Position numbers and translations under genes: made by a program | Shown here: in pieces, positions 37,893-50,600 of the stretch | Layout: each line of letters starts with the position of its first letter | Numbering within the stretch: the stretch's first letter is position 1 | The notes under the pieces: generated by a model | What the model saw: only the letters and a program-made list of their open reading frames with translations | Database searches by the model: none | Told to the model about the DNA's origin: nothing | DNA from: Antedon mediterranea | Lineage: Eukaryota > Animalia > Echinodermata | Direction: 5' to 3' | NCBI RefSeq assembly: GCF_964355755.1 | Contig: NC_092673.1 | Coordinates: forward strand, 8,990,001 to 9,054,000 | Length of the DNA stretch: 64,000 nucleotides

Positions 37893-40201
37893 TTATCTAT
37901 ATTACATGGTAACCTAATGCCTTTACATATCTCTTATATTATTAGCCATTATTTCAACAGCAAGTGTGAATAAAAGAGCAGACAGAGGACATCCTTGTCT
38001 CACTCCACTTTCCATATGAAAACTTTCAGATAGCCATCCATTATTTTCTATAATACATTCTGTTTCTGTATAACAATGTAATCCATTTTGTAAATGACAT
38101 TCCAAAGCCAAACTTTTGGAGGCATTTAAAAATAAAGTTTCTATCTAATGAATCAAAGGCCTTTGCAAAGTCTAGAAAAACTATTGCTCCTGGTAAGTTA
38201 CATGTATTGGTCTGGAAAAGAACGTCTTCGACTAAACGTATGTTTTCTCCTCCAAATCTTCCGTTGATATAACCTTTTTGGTCGGAATCAATAATTGGGG
38301 CAATTACTTTTTGTATTCTACCCGATAGGGCATGGGCCATAATTTTATAATCAACATTTAACAATGTAATTGGTCTCCAGTTTGTTAGTAATTTTCTTTT
38401 TCCATTTTTAAATAATAATTTTATTATTCCCATTTTTTGTGTTTTAGGTAATTTACTTTTATTGTAGCTATAACATAACATTTCTTTTATATGATTCCAA
38501 AAAAACCTGTTAAATTCTACACTTAGTCCATCACACCCCGGACTTTTATTTAAGTGCATTTTATGAAGAGCACTCGTTAATTCATCTATAGCTAGTAAAC
38601 CTTCACATTGCATACTGTCATTTAATGAAAGTGTTTTGGATTTTGATTTTTCAAGATAGCTATTTATATTATTAACAGAAATATTTTTTTGGGAATATAA
38701 GTTTTTGTAAAAATTGACCTGTTCTCTTAAAATGTCATTAGTGACGGTAGTGTACTTTCCATTAGTTTTTAATAGGGTAGTAATTTGTTTTCTTTTTCCA
38801 TTATTTTTTTTCAAGGCCGAGAAAAAACTTTTTTTTCTCCCTTTTCAAACCATTCTATTCTCGAACGGATTTGGGCTCCTTGTGCCTCAGATGTGTATAT
38901 TTCATCAAGTTGTTCTATTTTATTTTTTAATTGACAGTCAGTTTCTTGGCTGTAGGTTGAATCAAGTTTTTTTGTAAGTTCGCTAACTTCTTTTATCAAC
39001 TTTTCTTTAGTATAATTTTTTTTTATTTTCTTTCTTGAACAATATTTACATGAGAACTATTTTATTTTAACTTTTAAGTATTCCCATAAGCTGTCAGATT
39101 TCAAGTTATATTCATTTTTTTTTGTCTTTTCAATTATGTGTATAACATTTAACGCATATATTTCATCATTCAAGACCTTATTGTTTAGTTTCCAGAATCC
39201 TGGACCTCTCTTTTTTTCATCATTTATTATTTTCAAAGATATAGCTTGATGATCAGAGAAGATACAAGGTCAAATATCTGTAGAAATGATGTCACCATTT
39301 TTATAAAGGGCGTTTGATATGCACCAAAAGTCTAACCTTCTGTATGTATCCTTTCTTCTCCATGTAAATTGGGATTTATCTTTATGACTTTGTCTCCATA
39401 TATCAATTAAATGTAACTTATTCATGCATTTTTTTAATGCTATTGGTGATTTATCGTAGCTATTCACGCTGTTTTTCTGATCTACCTTTTTTATCTAATA
39501 TGCAATTCATGTCACCTCCTATTATTATGTATTCATTAGGTACATCACAAGTTTCTTAAAAAATATTGCTCTTTTCTTGTAATTGTTTGGAGCATAAACA
39601 TTTACGAGATTAAAGGTGGTCTTATTATGAATAATACATGTATGAGAATTCTACCTTCCTTGTCAATATATTTACATGTTATGTTTTTTAAATCAAACCT
39701 TGTTTTAAACAGTATTGAAACGCCTCTACTGTTTGTTGTGCCGAAACTATGGTAGCTTTCGCCTTTCCACAACAAATCTATAGATTTTTTCTTTTTTATC
39801 GAAATGCGTTTCCTGTAGGAATAGTATGTCTGCATTTTGCTCTTCGTAATAGTTAAACACTTTTCTTTTTTCATAATTTCCTTGTATACCTCATGCATTT
39901 AATGAGATTAAATGTAGGGCATTATTTTTTGGTTTTCTATTAATTTAAAAAAAATTTTTTTTTTTTATATTAAATTTTATTTTATTACAAAACAGTTTTA
40001 CGAATGTTTAATCTGATAATTATTCGTTTTTTTGCCGCACTTGAAGATGAATTTGATTTCTGTTCACTTTGTTGGGCGGGAACCGTTGAATCTTCTTTTT
40101 CTTTTTCTTGCTCTTGTTCTTGTATATTGTCCTTTTGCTCGGGGTGACTTTGTGGCACGATGAACGAGGTAATTTTGCTTTGAACGTTGTTGCTGCTACT
40201 A

Positions 40202-40752
40202 CCGTACTGACGCGGGTATAAGCCCACCCCCCTTGAACATGAAATCACGTCAAGTTTGGGGTGTGGGCTTATACCCGAGGATCCAAAAATGCAGATCGTC
40301 AAAAACAGCACATGTACACTGTGTATTCCACCGATTCCACCATGCGAGCGAGCGCCCTCACGTGTACGACGTTGCCTCTAAATACACGAGGTGTAGAGTG
40401 TCGGAAAATTAAGCTTATAGTTCGTGTAATTTATCGTAGATTATCTTATTTTAAATATCAATTGAACAAGAATTTATCAAGCAGAAAAGCAAATATACAA
40501 TGTTCGTTAAATAGAAATGTACCAAAGAAATTTAATAAGCTTGTTTATGGCAGCCGATACCAAATAGTGGTTTTCCGTTTTGGCGACTTGTTGTAGCGTC
40601 GTGTGTGAAGAGCGATCTTCGACCGCGATGGAGTGTAGATCTTCGAATTAATGGGTGGGCTTATACCCGAGTGCCTCATTTTTCATGAAAGTTAGTCAAA
40701 AGTCGGGGGTGGGCTTATACCAGAGTATGGGCTTATACCCGCGTCAGTACGG
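40202..40752. mobile_element. pogo-like (Tc1/mariner) MITE inside L1 ORF1
   Basis: TA TSD; perfect TIR CCGTACTGACGCGGGTATAAGCCCA; GGGCTTATACC subrepeats. Confidence 0.9.
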
Positions 40753-43700
40753 TAATAAGTCTGAGACCGGGCATTTCATCTCTCTCGGTTGATTCTTTGT
40801 CTTCTTCACTTTCTTCTACGATTTATTCGTTGGTGATATCATCACTCATTTTTGTGTTGTTGTTCGAATCATCTTTTTCTTTTACTATTTTATCAAACAT
40901 TTCCTGAATGAAACGTTCACCTGCGGATGGCAAGAAAAGAGGGTCGTCATGCTTAGGTGTAGATACTGATGAATCGGACATTGGTGTGGTATAATTTGCT
41001 TTTGTCGGTTGAACGTTATCGTTGTTTTCGTTTGGTCGTATTTCATGTGTAAGATCGATGGTGGGTTTATTCCCTGTAGTTTCGACCGCACAGAGTTTTT
41101 CGACGTGGCCATTTTTCCCGCATTTTCGGCATGTAATGTGGAAATTTTTGGGACATTGGTTGGCTTTATGACCTTCTTCATTGCAATAGAAACATTTGTT
41201 ATGTGCATCAATTTGGTCCTTATGAAACAGTCTAGCATTAAATCCATTGATTTTTATGAAACGTGGTAGGCTGCCTCTGAAGGGTGCAACTATGACTGCT
41301 CTGTCACCGTTCACAAATCTGGATAACTTTCCGTTGATTCGAAATTTGACATACTGAATTTCTCCAATCAATTTACAACCAAGTTTGTTTAAACATATCT
41401 TGAATTCGTCGTTGTGCACAGAGATCGGAATATCTTTGATTAGTACCCTAACTCCGTTATTCACTGGAGGTACGGATTTATATCATAGATTGTTACATGT
41501 TTGTTGTTAATGCTAATCCCTGCAGAGATTAGTTGAACTCTGTCTTCATGACTATTTAGGTAAATTCTCCAAAGGTTTCTTATTCTTTGTATTCCAATTA
41601 AGTTGTCACTGTTCATTTGTTTGCACAGTGCAAAATAGATCTTTCCTTCTGTTATAAAGCTTTCTTTATCCTTGCATACGTCGTCGTTTTTGAAAAAGAT
41701 CGGCTTCACGCTTGGTAGGTTTGGTTTTCTTTCATTCTCTTTGTTTGTTCCAACAAGACCTTTTGTTACTTCATCCATTGTATTCGTAGGCCTACTTGAT
41801 TGATTTAGTGTAATGTTACTGGCCATTACTTTACCTGTTACCTTGTTCAATGTTTGCAAGAACAATCAGGGCTAGGTCTTGTCGCTTCAAGACGGTGTTT
41901 CAACAGCCAAGATTCGATATAGTGATGCAATTCTGGACACAGATTAGTTCACTATTTGGTTGATATTTCGTCACTGTTTTATTTAGTAGCAATTTAATTT
42001 CAAGTATTTCTTGAAAATTAAGTGATTTAGACCGAGTTAAACTGCACCTTAGTTTAGTTGTGTACACTCGTTTTCGTTAATGATCATCTTGTGTGCTTCG
42101 TCAACTCCAACACTTGACCAAATGGTACCTGTTATACTGGCAACAAAAGCACCTTTACCAAAAAAATCTACTACCTCTGCTGAAAATCTCTTTAAATCTG
42201 CAATGTGAAAAGGATTATTCGCAAATAATTCTACCGGTCTAGTGCATGGAACATTTGGATCCATTTGCAGAACTGAAGCATTTTTAAGGCAAAATCACGA
42301 CCACGTAGTGACAGAGATATAAAGAAATGTAATGAAACATGTCCCTGTGGATAAAATTGTGCCAAAATCTATAGGTAGCATTATTGGCTCAATGTCTGTC
42401 TGAAATTCTGCTATAGCTGTATTGGAATTAAGTAAATGAATATCATGGTTAGATATACAATCAGTAGCATTGTCCTGCAAATTATCAAAAGTAACACTAG
42501 TTACAAAACTTTCGATTATATGCCTGGTGGTGGTTTCAGAACAAGTAAACAGATATTGAGCGATTTCAGACCTATAAAAACATTCCCACACTTTTGCAAC
42601 AGAAATTGGTGGGTTGCATCAAAACCAGTATTACCATTAGCCACCGATGCAAACTTTGCTCCCTGATAACCACATCTTTTTTTTTTAGTCCAGCATCTAA
42701 GTAAACTTTCATCAGACAGTTTTAAGGAGATGCCAATCACCAATGTATGGGAGAACCCAAGCCAGTTCATCATCATATATTGACTTTAGGTTCCATACAA
42801 TTTCCCAAGTCTTGAAATCACCAGCAACAAGGACTTACACGAGTCACCAACACCAAACCTATCATACAATTGCCACAGAATATTAAAAAATGGTATCCTT
42901 ATTGTCTGCAGGTAAAGCATTGACAGAGACAAAGTGAAACTTTGAAAGTTCTGTTAATTTAGATGAACTTGATGCATTTGATGTTCCTTCCCTTAATACA
43001 TCAGGCTGTGATTTAATTGTTGATAACCTTTGATAAAACATACCTAAACAGGAAATCCCCTGCCCTTTCAAGTGCACAAGCTTCTGTAAAATATAGTTTA
43101 AAATAATCTAAGTTAAGAGGCGATGTATTAGAAAGCTGTGGGAGAACCTGGCTGGTAATTTGAACTATGATAGTCTGCTACTTGTTCAAGCTTCCTATGC
43201 CTACTGTAGGTTTTGACGCTTTAGCTGTACTGGTTGTGGGTATTTCATTTTCAGATTCTAAAATCAAAACTGTTTCGTTGGTTAACTTTGCTGAGAAAGG
43301 AAGAGGCTTAACAGCCTGTACAGATCTTCCATTAAAACCCCTGGCTTTATCATTAGCACGTACAGCAGCATACTTGGCTTGCTTATTTACATTTACATCT
43401 ATAGAAATAATTGGAAATGATTCTGTAACAATTTTCTCCTTAGACCTTATCTCTGCTTCAGCAATAGCAACTTGATACCTAAGTGTAGTAGACTTTGTAC
43501 ATATCCCAAATTGGGACAATTCGTTTAAACATTCTGTGGAAGAATGAGAGAACCTGTCAATGATATCAGAAATCAGAAGATGATATGGCTTGTAAGCCTC
43601 ATCATACATAAAGCAACACAATGTATTCATCATTTTCAACAGTCTATTGTGGTTCATCTGAGCATTTTCATGTGTTTTTACAATGTGTTGCCCAGTTGAA

Positions 43701-44359
43701 GTTAATACCTGCTTTACAAACCTGACCACTGTCTTTTTAACATCAGTTAGGGTCATTCTAGTAAGGAAATTCCAAATAAATAAATCAAACATCTCAATTA
43801 ATGCTAATGGCTTAAAGTTGTCAATGGATTGAACAACCAGTAAAACCCCCATCAACCATAATTTGTCACGCAAGCTATCAACAGTAGAATCATTTCAAGT
43901 TACTAATTGCATCTAAGGACTTCTTTCTGAGCTTTTATTCTAAAGCTGCACATTTTTATTGCTTTTTTCTAAGTGTTCCTCTAGAGACTTAATACTTTTC
44001 CTACATTCAAAGAAAGAAACCAAAAGACAAAGTTCAATGTTTGAGTTCTTTCGTCTAAAAATCATTTCTAGACGCTCTCTACCAGTATCACTTCCAGTAA
44101 AAGTGATGACATTGGCCAATTAATGCATTTATCTGCCTTTTGAGTAAGGCCTTGATATTTTTTTATGAAATCAAATGATCATTATTATGGTTAACACAAT
44201 TAGTTACATCAAATTGACTGTAAACCTGTAAATAATAACAATAAACAGTGTCAAATAGAATAGCTTTATCGGAAAGAAGTTCATCCCCTACGACAGTTGT
44301 TAATATTAACAACCTCTACTGTCTGCCTCCTCTATAACACCAGATAGTAACCTCTTTAA

Positions 44360-44884
44360 GGACACCTTTCCCTACAATTTGTGACGTTTTTAAAAAATAA
44401 TACATAAACATTAAACCAGGTCTTAAATGTACGTTTATGGTAAATTATCATAAAAAGTGAGAATGCACTACCTAAGTAGCTCGCGGCGAATGACCTCTCG
44501 TAGACGGTCTTTATAGGCCTAGCCTAGCTAGGCTTAGTTTTGTAGGCTTAGCTGTACGAACATCGTACGCTATTTTTGCCTCCGTTGATACAAATTGGGG
44601 AAAACACGGTATTTTTGCTGAAAAGTTAGGAGTCTTCTATTTGTTTTGGCCTCACGATCGATAGAAAAGTGGGTGAATTACATAAGAAAAACAAAAATAT
44701 CAATCCGCACGCAATGCATTTTGGGATTATAGCGAACCGCTATACTTGGAATCGACTTATTTTTCACATTTTTAACCATTTAAAGACGAAAAAAGTTATC
44801 GCAATAGGACCATATATTATTATTTGTACATTAAATATAGTTTGTGATCTTAAATTAGATCTAAAAAACATAGGAAAGGTGTCT
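44360..44884. mobile_element. Kolobok-like MITE, inverted copy of 4705-5330
   Basis: Extensive reverse-complement identity to 4705-5330. TTAA on the left, GTAA (mutated TTAA) on the right. Confidence 0.85.
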
Positions 44885-46329
44885 GTAACTTCTTTTTTTT
44901 CCACACTGTTTGTTGGAAAATGTATCTGCTTTACAGAACTTTTCAAATTCAAGATAGCATTTCAAACAGAGAATTGTTTTCTGAAAGTCAAATGCTGCTG
45001 TTAAAAGAGATTTGTACTAAAAAATTCTGCTAGGGCAGAGGTATCCTTAATATTACTACGATATCTTTGGTCACAAATTCGATTGCATGCATCACATCTA
45101 ACAAATGGATTTAAAAATCTATAATATTCATTGTTAAAAATTTAAATTACCATCAGACATTGTAACTATTGTTCCCTCTTCAAAATCTATTCCAAAACAA
45201 TTCCTAACAGAAGTTTCGTCCCCTTTTTGTGTACTATGTATACTTATATCTTTGGAATTACAATTAATAGGTAAAGTACACTGTTTCAAACAAGCATTAA
45301 GCTTAGGCTTTTTTAATGGAGGTGGCTCACTAATATCTTTACAATACATTGTTATGTGTTTAACTGCAACCTTATGTTGTGGTTGCTTTACCTTAATATG
45401 CCAATATTTTTCCTTACTGTAAAATTTACCACACAACTTACATGTTCCACTTTCTATGGATCTATAATTTGACATTGGTTAGGTAGAGCCATGCTATTCT
45501 GATTCCCAATTACTGCATACCTACCTAAAACTGAGGAACAAATAACCACTTGCAGTAACAGTACAGTAGTAGTAAATGAAAGCTATGAATGTATGCCTGT
45601 AATTAACAACAGAAACTATGTCAATTTGTATCATTAAATTGCCCAAAAAATATTCTAAACTAGGTAAAATAAACTACATTTTATGACTAAAAAGACATCT
45701 TTGATTCTGTTTTATTTATATAGAACAGTTGAGAGAGAATTCCAGAGCAGAATGTTTAGTCCTACCAGGCTATACATTAGCCTACATTAAATATAAGACA
45801 TCTGAAGGGTGTCACGAAACCTAAGATCACAAAAGCTAAACCCCCTAAGATCTAAAATAACGAAAACTAAGACCCAAGACCTAAGATTACCAATAGTTTT
45901 CTTTCGCACCTGTGTTGTATTTTAACTCTAACCAACTTTATCCTGAATACCACACCTTAGAATTAGATGAAGGAGAATTAATAAATAACAATACATTTTT
46001 TTAAATAAATTGATGATTTTACAGACATTTTTCTCATACGAATTTCGCATACTCTATGTTCAATATTTTGTTTCTATGGAATGCCAAAAGAGCAACCTTA
46101 AAGTTGTATTGTCCCCCAAAACATGAAAAATAAAGATGAACAAAATTTTGTAATTAACATAAAGTTATTCACTTCCACCGAAAAAAAATCCGAAAAAAAT
46201 ATTGATTTCGCTTATAAAAAATCAAAATAAGTTTGCCATTTTTTCGAACTCATCGGCTCAGAAATTAGGCCGGTAGAGCTAACTCATACATATGCATAAT
46301 ATGTTAATGAGCATCCACACAGCAGAGAT

Positions 46330-47040
46330 CTGATCTAACAATGGACGATGCACGTTGTACAACACCACCAGAGGTCGACGCGACTCGACTTTGGGTTTCC
46401 CCTGATCGTATGTAAAGCTGAGCTGTTAATTTGTCGGTAAGGCTTACGGTACAGTGAATGCATGTATAATTGCATTCTCTGTGGGAAATTATGTACTGTA
46501 GACTGTAGTTTAGACAGCATTACAACAGAGAAATGGAATAACATGAAGCGCAAGTCTTTAAAATGAAAGATCTTGACAGATTCCAGCATTCCTATGAACA
46601 AGTTGAATGGGATAAAGGTCCAAAAGGTTTCCATATGCATTCTACCTGTTACACCCAATTGTCAAGTCAACGTCATCTTTTACAAGCTCGAAAACGCTAA
46701 GAAAAATCTGAAGAACAGCTTGTTGAGGCTCAGCAATCAGAAGAGCCATGTTCATCCAGTAGGCAAGAAAGCGAACCTAAAAGGCTCCGATCTAGTGTGG
46801 GTACCATTCATGACAAGACGTTATGTGTGTGGTGCATGAAGAGATGTAAATGGGGAACAAACCGGCGTGATAACGGAAAATTACTATTACTGTCTACCAA
46901 AAATGCTTGGAACCAATTTCGACTGCACACAGTCTGTGTTGAAGATCAAAACCTAAGAGAAAGGCTTAATACATGAATTGCATCGATTCCAGTCATACAG
47001 CCTTTGGTCTCGAAATCAGATATCACTGTAATTGCTGCCG
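46330..47040 (+). pseudogene. Academ-like transposase N-terminal fragment
   Basis: LCVWCMK...KLLLLSTKNAWNQFRLHTVCVED.NLRERL...AFGLEIRYH.NC resembles the Academ C2-H-C zinc-binding N-terminal region. Confidence 0.5.
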
Positions 47041-47259
47041 TACGAGCTAGATTGTTTTTGTAGTTGAGCCTCTCAAGACCTGGGATTTGTATGTCTTCCT
47101 ACGCTAAGATTATATAGTTCCACATGCCAGCAATCCACCCCAGGTAATGACACTGATTTTGTCGGCAAACTGGCAATTCCCGGATACGCCACTGATTAAA
47201 CATGCATTTCACCAATAAATGCATTAAATGTAGACGCATTCCATCAAGTTTTTAACCCT

Positions 47260-47497
47260 CTATTATTGTTTCTCTTTTGGCGCTCCATAAAAACGAAAAT
47301 ATTGTATAGTGTGCGACAAGAAACACGTCTGTAAAATCACCAATTTTTATTTATAAATAATACCAAGTATCTATTATTGTTGCTCTTTTGGCGCTCCATA
47401 GAAACGAAAATATTGAAAGTTGAGTATGCGAAAGTGTGCGACGAGAAACACATCTGTAAAATCACTAATTTTTATTTATAAATAATACCAAGTATTT
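47260..47497. repeat. ~110-130-bp direct tandem duplication
   Basis: CTATTATTGTT.CTCTTTTGGCGCTCCATA...AAATAATACCAAGTAT occurs twice in tandem. The related unit is single-copy at ~61655-61775. Confidence 0.85.
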
Positions 47498-47668
47498 ATT
47501 TGTTACTTTTTATGTGAATCTCTTTCATAAAAGTACTTGTGAGGCCTAATTCTAAGGAGTGGTATTCAGGATAAAGTTAGTTGGATTAATTTGGAGTCAA
47601 AATACAATGCAGGTGCGAAAGGGAAACATCCCCTGAAACCATGAACGCAACAAATAAACCGTCTATAA

Positions 47669-50600
47669 TGTTGGTAAATACACTTTTAGATATGCAAAGT
47701 TAGGCCGAATACTCAATAAAACTCAATGGACACACTGACTGTTTAGATTCCGTCTCCATATCTATATATCCTTTTCTCTCTAGAGGGCAGTATCACATTA
47801 CTGCGATATTACATCCCTCTTCACCTTGTTTAGTCTCTATAAATTATTTGAATAAAAGGGTATTTGTTTTGCAAGTACAAAAATGTTGAGAAATTGTTTG
47901 TTATTGTCCATTGATTTGTCTCTTTTTAGTAATACAGAGTCACCAGCATGGACATGTTTTGAACGATTCCTTCTTTTGGGCATTACGTTTCATTTGGTCT
48001 TTTGCCGCTTTGTCTCGATGACGAGTTTGACTATCACCAGTGGCTTTGTGTGGTAATTCGGGTAAACGTGTGCGAACATCTCGATTAAAAATTCATGTAG
48101 CTGGAGCAATGCCAGCTATGAGGGGTTGCTCTGTAGTTTCTTAAGTATTTGTTAAGTGCTTGTCTCCAATTTTGTTTTTCTGTGGTAGCTGTACGGTACA
48201 GCTTTTTCAGGTTTTGCATCATTCGTTCTACTTCACCATAAGCACAGGGCCACAGTAGTGTTACTTTCCGGTGGCGAAAACCAGAGTAGTTAGCGAACTG
48301 TGTAAATTCTCCCCCATTGAACGGCAGGCCATTATCAGTGCGAACGATTAAGGGAATGCCGTAGATTGCAAATATGGAGTCAAGTTTTGGTATTCACTCC
48401 TAGCTGAGGTTGATTTGGTGACTTTGATTACTGGAAATCTACTGTAGTCGTCGATCACTACCATTAGGTAGTCAACAGTAGGCAGTTCTTTGAAATCAAC
48501 ACTTACTTCTTGCCACACACCTTGCGGAAGGTTAGACATCCTTAGCGGTTCTCTTGCACTACTCTCTGGCATTGATACCTGACATGGCAGACAAGAGGCT
48601 ACTGTTTCTTCTGCCATGGGATTGATTCCTAGAAGCCTAACTTTGAGTCTCATGAGTTGTTTCGTTTTAATTACCCCTTGATGATCTTCACGTGCTATAT
48701 CGGTTACTTTTTGTCGTAATGTCACGTAGCAGTATGTTCTTATCTGTGCTAATGCTGAGTTGGTGCCTGAGTTTCTAGAGGCTGTTTATCTCTTTCTTTG
48801 ATGTCGCTGAAGATTCATTTTTAACTTTGTGCCATCGGTTATTTTGTATGGCCCAGATGCATTGTTGAAGAGTGTTATCGTTTTTTGTCTCGTGTCTCTA
48901 TTTCTTCTACAGTAAGTGTTCTTGGAACTGCATTTGATGTGATCAGGTTAACGTATTCTTCTGCTGTCTTTTCTTCACTACTGGATGTTTGGGTTGTTGG
49001 TAGTGGATGTTGTGACATGTAATCTGCTGGGTTTGTTTTTCCAGGCTGATATGTCACACTGTATTCATAATCTTGTAGTTTCATAAGCCATTGTTCTATG
49101 CGTAGGGGCGGTTTTGAGGATGCTTTGTTAAACATGGGAAGTAGTGGTTGATGGTCTGTGACGAAGGTGAATCTGCCACCATATAGATATATGTTGAAGT
49201 GTTGTATGCCCCAAGTGATTGCCAGGGCTTCCCGTTCAGTTTGTGAGTATCGCTGTTCAACTGTGGTCAATTGATTTTGATTTGATTTTGATTTATTAGC
49301 ATCTCATTAAAAAGACATACCGGTACACAGTTTATGAAACAGAGATATATACAATTCAAAAATGTTAAAAATACAAAAACAGAGATGCAGGATAGCCCAT
49401 GAAAGTCTCAATGTGAGACTTATTTCCAATGGGGTCCTCAATAACTGTAATGTTACTTGTTTTAATAATAACACAGGTAGTAGTCGTGACTTGATTAGGG
49501 TTTTTACCATCTTGGTTCTCCTACATCAAGTGATGCCATGAGGCATTGCTCACTCAACTGTACACTAACTATAGAGGGCTCACTCTATACTTACAATATC
49601 ATAGCCTTAACTATAAGCTATCATTACAATAACAAATTTAAAAGGCAATAAAAAAAATATATATATATGTCGTGTATCGTCGTACCAGTTTGTTCGAGAC
49701 AAATTAATAACATACGTTGAGATGAGTGTAATAACAATGAATGTGTTTAATGAAACCAACTAGTATTACGCATGAACAAGTATAGAACGTTCGAAGGCTA
49801 ACCTATCGCCAGAGCATATCCGCAGTACGCGCATCAAGCGGGATACCCAATGTGCGCGTGCATATACTACAATATATACAATACACAAAACATACTTATA
49901 ATTGGCATATATATAAAATTTTACTTTACCGTTAATGATCTGCTGGCCAATGCTACTATGGCGGAAGTATTTTCGTTGTGCTGAATGATAATGGCACCGA
50001 GGCCTATGAAGCTGGCATCTACAACCAGTTCTGTACGGAGTGCCGGATTAAAGTATGTCAATTTGCAGTGTTCTGTGATTGTGTCCTTGATTTCTTGGAG
50101 TGCCTTAATGTGTGGTTCTTCCCATCCAAGTCCAAGTCCATTGTGAGCAAGTGGAGCGGTTCGGATATAATGGCCAGTTTTGGTATAAATCGTGAGCAGT
50201 ATGTGGCAAGGCCTAGGAAGCTTCGGAATTCTTCTTTAGTGGTTGGTACGGCAGCATTCTAAATTGCTCTCACTTTGTCTGGGCTTGGTGATATTGCGCT
50301 TGAACTAAATATGTGACCAAAAAATTCGATCTTCGCTTTCCCGAATTTACACTTTGCTTTGTTGAGTGTTAAGTTTTTGTCTCTCAACCACTGAAGGCAG
50401 TTTTTCAGTCGTGTTCTGTGTTCTGCTAGATTTCTACCATACACTAAGATTTCATCTGAAATGTTTAGGACACCAGGGAGGTTAGGTAACGATTACTGAA
50501 TTAGATTTTGTAATTGTTCCGCTGCACTACTAATGCCGAAGTTAAGATGTTTAAATTAAAATAGGCCTGCGTGTGTTGAGAAGACAGTTAGGAATCTGGA

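Larger units (their letters stand above)
33632..42075 (-). mobile_element. Near full-length L1/Tx1-clade LINE (ORF1 with two CCHC knuckles; ORF2 APE-RT-zinc finger), frameshifted
   Basis: ORF1 at 41820-39990 (CFYCNEEGHKANQC, CRKCGKNGHVEKLC). APE SRGVSIL, YAPN, GGDMN, RLDFW, SDH. RT WRPITLLNVDYK, LDFAKAFD, GVRQGCPLS, QLADD. C-terminal C..C...E...H....C. Poly(A) at 33629-33640. The flanks rejoin Academ IIN|KNIK. Confidence 0.92.
31440..45600 (-). mobile_element. Academ DNA transposon (transposase + XPG/PIN-like domain), decayed and split by several insertions
   Basis: IISID.N...GFNGRSVQ (ORF 43178..43873); LVAGDFKT...LPYIGDWHLL (~42720-42830); GAFVASITG..WSSVGVDEAH.MIIN joining KNIKMVM at 33630; XPG-like NHEQGDS...SPDKDT (ORF 31523..31891). 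Termini not located. Confidence 0.75.
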
